This document shows positions 1 to 8,000 of a stretch of DNA of 20,442 nt, piece after piece (position 1 is the first letter of the stretch; each line of letters opens with the position of its first letter). This DNA comes from an uncultured virus (IMG/VR IMGVR_UViG_3300045391_007423) (Duplodnaviria; Heunggongvirae; Uroviricota; Caudoviricetes), in the IMG/VR virus record IMGVR_UViG_3300045391_007423. One strand, given 5' to 3'. The notes beneath the pieces are model-generated. The model was given only the letters and a program-made list of their open reading frames with translations, did no database searches and was not told where the DNA came from. The translations under genes were made by a program, and so were the position numbers.

Positions 1-1
1 C

Positions 2-301
2 CGGATGTATCTGCGTGCCTGTCGCTTTGGTATCCTGCCACTTGATGGCGAGACACCCCATGATGATATCTGGAAGCATGAATATGGCATCATGTGTCGG
101 CCCACGCTTTCTCTCCATGTTGCGCATGCCACTGAGACAGATCGATGGGTCGCAGGCATCAAGCGCTTCCTGATTGATACGGAGAGGGCAAATGCCGGGC
201 AGGCCGCCTACACAGAAGCCAATGCCTATCGTCCCAAACGCCTGGCTGATCAGTATCTGGCGGTCTATCGCAAAAAGTTGCCCCACTTGCTGATGCTCTA
301 G
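2..301 (+). CDS. C-terminal part (5'-truncated) of a putative GT-B/GT4-like glycosyltransferase
   Basis: The frame is open to the window edge. FGILPL..WKHEYGIMCRPTLS resembles the iaPL..K.lEY...g.P.iaS segment of GT4-like enzymes. W..GIKRFLID..RANAGQAAY....YRPKRLADQYLAVY resembles their C-terminal helices. Confidence 0.45.
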   Translation, partial: RMYLRACRFGILPLDGETPHDDIWKHEYGIMCRPTLSLHVAHATETDRWVAGIKRFLIDTERANAGQAAYTEANAYRPKRLADQYLAVYRKKLPHLLML

Positions 302-575
302 TATGCTCTCCTGGTGAGAGGAATGGGTGTAGAAGGATACTTCATGGAAGAACGCTGGGGGTTGGGATCATCAGTAGTCCATTTTTGAAGGCATGTCTGT
401 TTGTTTTTCAGTCCGTCTTACATCCTCTCTCTCCCCTTTCTTTTCTTTTCCTCTTTTCTTCTCCATGTTGCTACTGTTCCTCGGATGAGGGATATCAGAT
501 GAAACCATTCCACGCTTCTTTTCCTCTCAGTGTTTCATCGTTCCTCTTCTCTTTCCTCTTTCTTGGGAGTCTTCT

Positions 576-1616
576 ATGTCAAAGACAGGCATTGCTGGTG
601 CGATAGGGTTCGCGCACCAGAGTGGCAAGGATCTTGCTCAGACCTCCTCGGTCCTCTATCTTCCGGCAACCTCCGTCGGAATTAACCCGAACCAAAATGC
701 GCAGACACTCCCGGCTGAAGTCGGAGGGGACTACTTTTTGCGCGGATCGTATAAAGCCAGTGCCATGGGTACTGGTGATATCGCCTTTGTGGCACGTCCT
801 AATGGACTGGGCCACCTGCTTTTGATGCTCTGTGGTGTTGATACGGTGGTCAATACTTCGGCCAGCGTGTACCAGCACACGATGACTCCATTTGCGGTTG
901 GCGCTGGTGATCTCCCCTGGTATTCGGTCTTCAAAGATGTCTCGACGGTTCTGGCTGAAGAGTACATCAATACCCGGATACAGTCCCTCAAACTGGATGT
1001 ACCAAAGTCAGGTATCATGACTGGCTCGGCAACGCTGGTTTCAACTGGCTTCTCTGAAATCACTTCCGCCTCTCTTGGTATCAAGACCTTTGATAACTCA
1101 CCACAGTTTCAATCCTGCCTGGCCTCCGTCGATTTTAAAAATGAAGCGACCGGGACAACCATCTCATCTGAGGCGGTCAAAGTCGAACGGGTCTCCATGA
1201 GCTTTGATAATAGCCTGAGCAATGATGAGTTTGCAGTCGGAAGTTTCTTCCTGGAAGATATCACGCTTCAGCAGCGTACTGTTACCGTTGATCTGGATTA
1301 CGTCATTCGCTCACGTGAGATGTATGAGGCAGTGTACTACGGTGGCGCTGGTGATGGTTCTGGAACACAGAGCTGGTCCCCACAGCTCTATCGTGGCAGC
1401 CTGGGTCTGACCATGAATAGTTTAGTCAACATCCCAGGGACAACCACTCCCTACAGTTGCCAGTTTCTTTTCCCTGGCCTGGACTTCATGAGCCTGCCAA
1501 TCTCTCTCTCCGGGGCTGAAGTCGTCCGTGGCACTCTTTCCACACAAATTACTCTTGGCACGTCCGGTGCAGATCGCTTCACCGCGATTTTAACCAATGG
1601 CATTGCCAGCTACTAA
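576..1616 (+). CDS. Major tail tube protein (346 aa, siphovirus type)
   Basis: GGGAG RBS at 565-569. The protein is Gly/Ser/Thr-rich and beta-strand-like, with tube-type segments (GDIAFVARPNGLGHLL, YQHTMTP..LPWYSV, QRTVTVDLDY). It lies directly upstream of the frameshifted chaperone pair. Confidence 0.8.
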   Translation: MSKTGIAGAIGFAHQSGKDLAQTSSVLYLPATSVGINPNQNAQTLPAEVGGDYFLRGSYKASAMGTGDIAFVARPNGLGHLLLMLCGVDTVVNTSASVYQHTMTPFAVGAGDLPWYSVFKDVSTVLAEEYINTRIQSLKLDVPKSGIMTGSATLVSTGFSEITSASLGIKTFDNSPQFQSCLASVDFKNEATGTTISSEAVKVERVSMSFDNSLSNDEFAVGSFFLEDITLQQRTVTVDLDYVIRSREMYEAVYYGGAGDGSGTQSWSPQLYRGSLGLTMNSLVNIPGTTTPYSCQFLFPGLDFMSLPISLSGAEVVRGTLSTQITLGTSGADRFTAILTNGIASY

Positions 1617-1639
1617 CCATTCCAAGGAGGAAGAACACG

Positions 1640-2332
1640 ATGGGTGATTTGATCCATGTTCCCTGGAGTGTGGAGTACCCCTATCCGACACCCCCGTCGC
1701 TTTCCTCCACTCCCGCGAGGCTCTTTGCCTCATCTCAATCCGTTGTCCCGGAACCAGAAGAGGAGACATCTTCTCCTGTTCCCCCACACTTCTCCTCTGC
1801 ATCAGAGCCCTCAGATGAGCCTGCATTATCATCTGCCGCCAACCTGGATGAGAAGCAGCACGATGAGCCACGACAGACAGAGCGAGACCACCTCCGCGCA
1901 CACTTGCGCCATTCAATGATTAAAGGACAGAAACCCATGCGTGCACGAACAAAATTTATTGGGGAAGTTGTTGATTTCCCTTCTCCTATTGATAAGACCG
2001 TCAACTTTGGCATTCGTCGTCTTCCCAACCGTGATATCCTCTCCTACCGCGATAAGAACGCCGTCGTACGCTTCATCTCTGAAGAGGGCAGCGAGCGCTA
2101 TATTCAGGAGAAAGAGTATCCAGCAGGCTCAATGCGTGTTGATACTGTTCAGATGGGCCTGGCGACCTGGAACATTCTTGATGAAGAGAGCAAGTCAGTC
2201 GAGATCAGTCGAGATGCCATCCTGGACTATTTGGACCCACGTGAACTGGATGCCATCTATGATAAGGTCATGGATGTCAATCCGATCCTCAGTGGGCGAG
2301 AAGAGGAAAAAAACGACTCCAAGAACGACTAG
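1640..2332 (+). CDS. Tail assembly chaperone (lambda gpG analogue); possible second in-frame start at 1937
   Basis: AAGGAGG RBS at 1624-1630. It follows the tube gene and ends ..EEEKNDSKND*, with a slippery heptamer under the KN codons. The C-terminal ~130 aa are acidic and chaperone-like. Confidence 0.78.
   Translation: MGDLIHVPWSVEYPYPTPPSLSSTPARLFASSQSVVPEPEEETSSPVPPHFSSASEPSDEPALSSAANLDEKQHDEPRQTERDHLRAHLRHSMIKGQKPMRARTKFIGEVVDFPSPIDKTVNFGIRRLPNRDILSYRDKNAVVRFISEEGSERYIQEKEYPAGSMRVDTVQMGLATWNILDEESKSVEISRDAILDYLDPRELDAIYDKVMDVNPILSGREEEKNDSKND
2308..2314 (+). promoter_or_regulatory. Programmed -1 ribosomal frameshift slippery site A AAA AAC
   Basis: X XXY YYZ heptamer in the correct phase of the 1640-2332 ORF. 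The -1 frame is open from 2266 to the stop at 2665-2667. Confidence 0.82.
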
Positions 2333-2667
2333 AGCCGCAGATTGATGCCTTGATGGAGGGGATGACGCATATGCAGTTTGTGCGGTATTGCCAGATGCAA
2401 GAGCTTGACCCCTCTGTCTATGAGGCGATTGTCTATCCTGATGCTATTATCCTTATCTGGTTAGAATGCAAACGGCAGGCCAATCCCTGGACAGGAGTAC
2501 CTGCACTACCAGAGCCAGAGAAGGGGTATCTTGATCAGGATGCCGAGCTAACCCTTGCCTTTGAAGTCTTAGATGAGATCCAGGCGAAACATGAGGAGGA
2601 GGAGGAGAAGCGCAAGAAGCTCAGAGAGCAGGCGGCTGCCATGTTCAATCCAGCAGGAAAACACTGA
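2314..2667 (+). CDS. Tail assembly chaperone frameshift extension (gpT analogue; C-terminal part of the GT fusion)
   Basis: The -1 frame reads RLQERLEPQIDALMEGMTHMQF...GYLDQD... with no stop. The ORF track starts it at 2350 only because that is the first start codon. The predicted fusion is 342 aa from 1640. Confidence 0.75.
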   Translation, partial: RLQERLEPQIDALMEGMTHMQFVRYCQMQELDPSVYEAIVYPDAIILIWLECKRQANPWTGVPALPEPEKGYLDQDAELTLAFEVLDEIQAKHEEEEEKRKKLREQAAAMFNPAGKH

Positions 2668-2710
2668 GAAGAAAAGAACTGAGACAGGATCTCTACACCT
2701 ATCCACACAC

Positions 2711-2763
2711 ACAAAAAGAGAGCAGGAACCGTCACGTATGATGGGTTCCTGCTCTCGCTTTGT
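2711..2763. terminator. Probable bidirectional intrinsic terminator between convergent genes
   Basis: Perfect 13-bp inverted repeat GAGAGCAGGAACC (2718-2730) / GGTTCCTGCTCTC (2744-2756), flanked by ACAAAAA and GCTTTGT. Confidence 0.8.
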
Positions 2764-2778
2764 CGGATGTGTGTAGAT

Positions 2779-3003
2779 CTAACGAATAATGGGGAGACCA
2801 CAATCATGAAGCAGTTGCGCCAGGGCTGTAATATTTCCATTGGCTGCTGCTGTAATCATCTCGGCTGGGTAATTTCCACGAAAGCCGTCAATATGCTGTT
2901 GATCTGTCCAGTTGGCCGTTGTCGTTCCATCGGCATTGTTATCAGAACCAGCTTCCCGGATAAGCTCCAGGATAAATTGATTTTCCTGCTCATCTGTACG
3001 CAT
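2779..3003 (-). CDS. Hypothetical protein (74 aa)
   Basis: GAAAGGGG RBS 7 nt upstream of the ATG. It ends just before the terminator and has a protein-like composition. Confidence 0.7.
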   Translation of the reverse strand: MRTDEQENQFILELIREAGSDNNADGTTTANWTDQQHIDGFRGNYPAEMITAAANGNITALAQLLHDCGLPIIR

Positions 3004-3522
3004 CGCTTTTCCCCTTTCTTTTGTGTCATAACCGATCTTTGTGTATCTTATGATGGAACCTTCATTGTTTGGGCAACGTCAATGATAGCTGGCCCTGTCA
3101 CAAAGAAAAAGTCCCCACGCTTCTTCGCTGGTAGCTTCTTCTCATCAATCAGACGAATAACCTCCCGTTCAGGACACCCCAGGATCTGGGCACACTCCTG
3201 TGTTGAAAAGTGATAGTGTGTTTGATCACTCCACTCATTGGGGTAATGCATGATGTGGCCTAAATTTAATGGATCACTGGATAGGATCTGGAACTCTTCG
3301 ACCCAGGGGCAATCGACATATCGGGACTCGGCTTTGTGCACCTGGAAGGTATGGAGGAGTGTTCGGTATTCATCTGTGTACCAATCATTATAGACAAGAT
3401 CCTTATACGGCTCCAGAGCCATAGTGATGAAGGTACCTGTCTCATCGATGCTCCAGGCACGTGGGCGCTCAATACGATAGAGGTAGACGGTTGTTGGCAT
3501 CGCTTTTCTCCTTTCTTTTGTG
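3001..3522 (-). repeat. 25-bp direct repeat (3001-3025 and 3498-3522; 1 mismatch) covering the RBS and start codon of two genes
   Basis: CATCGCTTTTC[C/T]CCTTTCTTTTGTG, which on the minus strand reads CACAAAAGAAAGG[G/A]GAAAAGCGATG. Confidence 0.85.
3048..3500 (-). CDS. Protein with a C-terminal excisionase/MerR-like HTH (HTH_17-type) DNA-binding domain; alternative start at 3557
   Basis: FSTQECAQILGCPEREVIRLIDEKKLPAKKRGDFFFV matches the Xis-like pattern t..EaA..Lg.s...v.rli..g.lpa.k.G..w.i. GAAAGGAG RBS 7 nt before the ATG at 3500. Confidence 0.75.
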   Translation of the reverse strand: MPTTVYLYRIERPRAWSIDETGTFITMALEPYKDLVYNDWYTDEYRTLLHTFQVHKAESRYVDCPWVEEFQILSSDPLNLGHIMHYPNEWSDQTHYHFSTQECAQILGCPEREVIRLIDEKKLPAKKRGDFFFVTGPAIIDVAQTMKVPS

Positions 3523-3553
3523 GACGATCTTTTTGATCTCTCTAATAGAACGA

Positions 3554-3826
3554 TCATTCCTCTCCCTTTTTAGACACTTCCTGCCCGATATAGATTTTGC
3601 CGGTTTTCACTTCTTCATGGCGAGTCTGCCATTCCTGAAGAATTCTTTGATGCTGGATCATCAGATCCCGGTAGTTTTGTTTCATTGATCGATCACGTTC
3701 TCCTTCAACTCTTTTGTCAAAGGATGTGATTACCCTGAGAAGTATTGCTTTCTCAATGTTGCAGAACTTTTCCAGGGTTGCTTGTTCCTCAGATGTGAGT
3801 ATCCACTCCTCTATATGATCAGGCAT
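3554..3826 (-). CDS. Hypothetical helical protein (90 aa)
   Basis: AGGAG RBS before the ATG at 3826. The start overlaps the stop of the upstream gene, suggesting translational coupling. Confidence 0.7.
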   Translation of the reverse strand: MPDHIEEWILTSEEQATLEKFCNIEKAILLRVITSFDKRVEGERDRSMKQNYRDLMIQHQRILQEWQTRHEEVKTGKIYIGQEVSKKGEE

Positions 3827-4091
3827 TATTATTCTCCTGTATTGGCTCCATAGCCTCATCGATATCTGCAAGATGTGAGGTCAGCCCTAACGTCTTCTTG
3901 ACGTTGAGTACCACCTCCAGTGTTTCCCCCAGGTGGTTTTGGAGAGAGTCTCCTAACTCTGGTGGGATGGGACGAGCTCTCATCCTTGCAATGGCAACTT
4001 CTCCTGCCAGTATGAGAAGCAGGTCTTCGACCCGATCGAGATCCTGTTGAAGTTGTTTCGTATCCATCAGTCCTCTCCCTTTTTAGACACT
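3558..4091 (-). repeat. Perfect 21-bp direct repeat (3558-3578 and 4071-4091) flanking two small genes
   Basis: TCCTCTCCCTTTTTAGACACT is identical at both positions. Confidence 0.88.
3819..4067 (-). CDS. Hypothetical helical protein (82 aa)
   Basis: AAGGGAGAGGA RBS region before the ATG. Leu-rich amphipathic sequence. Confidence 0.7.
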   Translation of the reverse strand: MDTKQLQQDLDRVEDLLLILAGEVAIARMRARPIPPELGDSLQNHLGETLEVVLNVKKTLGLTSHLADIDEAMEPIQENNNA

Positions 4092-4177
4092 AGCATGGAA
4101 GTCTCGATCAAAACGCTTAATAGCGTCCCAGATCTCCTGGAATGTCGCGATCTCTTGCTATATGTCTTGTCTTATAT

Positions 4178-4591
4178 CTATTGTTTTACTAGTCGAACGT
4201 GTTGACGAATGATTTCAGGGTCAAGCCCTTTCCAGATAGGATCAATCAAGATCATGATCGAATTCATATAAGGACTGGGATAGGACACATCGCTAATAGT
4301 GAAGGTCGGTGTCAGGCACTCTCCGATCTGGGGTAGTATTTTCTGTTCGTCTTCCTGAGATATCTCATCTTCATCTATAGAATATTCATCCAGCAATGCA
4401 TCGAGCTTTTCAGCCGGAATGCTTATGTCCCACATATGGGTAGGCCATTCATCCTCTTGGGTATCAGGGTCAATGCCGTAAAATGAGAAATCAGGAAATT
4501 CTTGTCGAGGAATAAACTGAGATGAATCATCGCATGGTGTGTCGATACGAATTGAGACAATATAGTGTGTCACACCTTTAAGCAAATCCAT
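4178..4591 (-). CDS. Hypothetical acidic protein (137 aa)
   Basis: AAAGGAGG RBS 8 nt before the ATG at 4591. The longer start at 4987 runs through low-complexity, hairpin-rich intergenic DNA and is unlikely. Confidence 0.72.
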   Translation of the reverse strand: MDLLKGVTHYIVSIRIDTPCDDSSQFIPRQEFPDFSFYGIDPDTQEDEWPTHMWDISIPAEKLDALLDEYSIDEDEISQEDEQKILPQIGECLTPTFTISDVSYPSPYMNSIMILIDPIWKGLDPEIIRQHVRLVKQ

Positions 4592-4664
4592 CGTGGCGGC
4601 CTCCTTTCCTTTTCTTTCAGTGTTTTTCTTCTCGAGTACAAACGACGAAGACGTGAGAAATGTT

Positions 4665-4685
4665 GCGAACCTCAGTGAAGTTCGC
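4665..4685. promoter_or_regulatory. 21-bp near-perfect dyad, candidate operator in the divergent promoter region
   Basis: GCGAACCTCA-G-TGAAGTTCGC, with 9 of 10 arm positions complementary. Confidence 0.4.
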
Positions 4686-4796
4686 GTCATTTCTTTTGTA
4701 GCGGGTACACTATCACTGGGACCATCCCCGGTCCCATGGTCCTTTCCTTTCTTTCTTTTCTCTCCTGGTGTTTCTGGTTGGTCTTTCCTTTCTTTT

Positions 4797-4957
4797 TTGT
4801 TCGTGCACTGTGTCCGTCGCCCTTCTCTTTGCCCTCTCGCTACCCTGCCTCTTTCAGGTCTTGCTCCGCACCTCTGGCTTCCCCCAGAACACAAGAGCAG
4901 CCGTCGTGGTAGGTGCCGGGAGAAAAGGGAAGGACGACGGACGCCGAACACGAGCGA
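4797..4957 (+). other. Long nested imperfect inverted repeat (rod-like RNA/DNA hairpin) upstream of the giant gene
   Basis: Nested pairings: 4797-4805/4949-4957 (two G-U), 4812-4830/4924-4942 (17/19 Watson-Crick), 4840-4844/4908-4912, 4845-4848/4897-4900, 4859-4863/4892-4896, 4873-4877/4884-4888. Confidence 0.6.
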
Positions 4958-5040
4958 ACACACAGCAGAACCACACAGAGCACACACAGAGGGTGTGACC
5001 GCTCTTCTTCATCTGGCTGGTGTGTAGAAAGAGGATGTGC

Positions 5041-8000
5041 ATGACCACCACACCACGACACCATCATAGCGCTCATCAAGCCCACACTATTTTTACTCCT
5101 ACCACCACTGCTGTAGAGAAGGCTGCCATGCAAAACGAACCACATCGCCCACCAACCGATCCGGTCCTTCGTTTCCGCGAGGGATCAGGGACGTGGGGAC
5201 CACGCACAGCACTGCCCATGGTTGATCCTGAAAAGGTGAAGCAGCTTGAAGCAAAAGCTGCATCCCTTCAGACACCTACGCCTTCTCATGTGACAATGCA
5301 GTCACACGCACTACCAACCGTTACTCGCGCTGATGGCACTCTCGAGCCGATGATCCAGCCAGCGAACTATGCCTCACATGCGGATTATCAGCGAATGCAG
5401 AGGCTCTATGAGCAGCATGCTTCTATGCAGAATATTGCAGCCGGGGCGACTCCCTATACCGAGATCCTCAAGGAGCAGCAGTTCAACGCGCCACTTCGTA
5501 CAGGTGAGCTTCCCTACGATAAAATCAAACAGATCGCCGCCAAATCTGAGCAGTGGGTGCATGCCGGTTCTATTGAGCGGAAGCAGATCGCCGCTGAGAT
5601 CAAAGCGCTGGCCTATGGTGATCAAACGCCTGGAAGTGAGAACTTCAGCCTCGCACCTCAGCAGGAGCAGCTTCAGACGCGTTCCCAGTATCTTGCAAAG
5701 CAGGAGGCCGCCCGGCAGCAGATTGAGCAATGGTATGAGCAGACAGCTCGCAATATCAGCCAATACATTGGCCGTCCCTTTACCGCCAGTGATCTTCGTG
5801 CGCTGATCCCGAACCTTTCTTTTGAGCAGATCCAGGCAGTGACCTCTCCCAACAACTACACGATCAGCTTTGCAGGTCCAGGGGCTGGTAAAACCACCAT
5901 GATGATGGCCCAGTACGTCAACGCCGTCTTTAACCAGGGGGCCGATCCCCTGGACTGGACGATCCTGAGTAAGACACGTTCGGCAGTCGGGGCTCTGGAA
6001 GATATGATCAAGAAGCTGACGCCTATCCTTCCAGAACTCTCAGCCGTCCCACAGGACCAGTTAATCTTCCCTGGCATGACAGAAGAGGAACGTCTTGCCA
6101 AACGGCAACGCATGTTCCAGACGCTGGATACCTTCTCCATTCGCTCGCTTATACACCCCGATGCCCAGGGTGTGCGTCCTATTCGACGCCTGACCGGCAA
6201 CGATGCATTGAATATGCTGCCAATTGCCAAAGGTGATGATGCGTCTTCAACCAGAGATTATCTGGAGAAGGTCATACGCAACCAGGGTAAGAGCACCAGA
6301 TACAATGATCCGAATGTACTTGATGAGTATATCTCGGAGACCAAGGGTGGCTATCAGCCGCTCTATAACGAGCGCATGGCGCGTGGTGCCTCTATCCATG
6401 AAGCGGGTGACTGGGATGTACGACAGCAGCTTGATCCCGATCATGTACTCTACCTCTATGAGAAGGCCCTGGCTCATGCCCCTGGCTTTGAGATGCCTGA
6501 TCAACAGGGGCCACTGCGCGATCTGCATGATATGAATATTCTCTTCCGAGAGGCGGCTGAGAAGGGTATGCTGCCTCAGATGGGCAACTACATGGTGGAT
6601 GAGGTACAGGATAGTTCTGTTCCTCAGATCATGGGCCTGCGTCGTCTCTCATCAGCGAAGAAGCGTGGCTACTTTGGTGGTGATATGGGCCAGCAGGTAG
6701 TGCCTCATCAGTATCGTATCGATCAAGTGCTTTCCCATATGTTTAAGAATGCGGCATCGACTCACACCCTGACAGGCAATAACCGTTCAGGGGCCAATAT
6801 CGTGGCCCAGATCAATGCGATTAACGCCAGTGCTGCGCTCAATGGCACTGGGAAGAGTCCAATGCAGGTGGCCGCCCAGGATATCTCCTCGTTGCCCCCA
6901 ACCTATAGCATGCAGCAGGACGTTCCTGCCACCTATCGGCAGATGATAGCTGATTGGATGAAGGTCATGCGTACCTCACCACAGCACATTCAGGCGCGTA
7001 TGGATACCAGAGAGCCGGGGGAGCCGCTCTTTCATCAGGGGATGGTACAGCCTCAGCGTGCCCCGTTTGTCTTTCAAATGGGCAAGCAGGGGCGTAATGT
7101 CTTCCTCAATGAGATCCTGCCCCAGGAACTGCGCCGTGGTGGGATGGATGAGGAGCATATTGGACGTTTCCTTCGTGAGCATGTGACCAATGAGACCCCG
7201 CGTGATGAGAACAGTGATAAGCTGCATGCCTTAATGATCCAGCAGGTCCGATCACGCTCGACCGATCTTACTTTTGCCGATGCCACTCGTGGAGGTATGT
7301 GGGATACCACTGGCTATATCCGCAATATGTATACGATGCTCTCTCGTGCACGAATACAGAACCGTATCTATGCGTCGGCGACGAACTTCCCATATTCACG
7401 GCAGCACAATGTTGATCCTGTTGAATTGGGTAGCTTTCTTCTTCCTCCAGGTTTTGATGCCTGGACACAGGGAATGGCTGAGGATCTGGTCAGTCGGCAA
7501 GGGCTGAGCCGCCAGGATCTCAAGCCACAATTACAGGATCTCCTTGATCTCCCTCCGGTCTTCCATCACGTCCCACCCAAACAGGTTGCTCAGGGCGCGG
7601 TGACTCAGGCATATACCGATCGGGTGCTCGATATGCTGCCTGTCTATCAGGCTCAGGTTGGTGAGGGAAGTGGAATTACCCAGGATCTTCAACGACGACC
7701 AGGACGAAACACTGAGGATGAAGAAAACCCGGATCTTGATGACGGGCTCAGCACAAAGGGATATATCAGTGCATCGGTGGTCTCAGGGCAGACACGACGC
7801 GCTGGTGATCATTTCCAGATGGAGCTGATCAGAAATAAGATCGAGGATCTGGCTCGTAACGGCTCTCAAGAAGCGATTCCAGAGTTCTCTGACTTCTTTC
7901 GAGATGCACGTGCCATGTCTCAAACCGTTAACCGTCGCCAGCGTTACATGCCGATGCTGGTGGCCCCTGACTCTGATCTGAGTCTTCCTGATTACACGCA

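Noticed and set aside
385..606. 73-aa ORF and an 8-bp inverted repeat (GATGAAAC/GTTTCATC) before the tube gene
   Set aside because: The ORF is a Phe/Ser/Leu translation of CT-rich intergenic DNA, and the repeat is too short and widely spaced to call.
4667..4683. GAAC...GTTC as a LexA (SOS) box
   Set aside because: The spacer is 9 bp, while the Gram-positive/Chloroflexota box is GAAC-N4-GTTC.
4592..5145. ORFs 4593-5027, 4768-4998, 4840-5145, 4854-5051 and the 4987 extension of the acidic gene
   Set aside because: They translate pyrimidine/purine tracts and hairpin arms into low-complexity sequence. The strong RBS at 4591 gives a better start.
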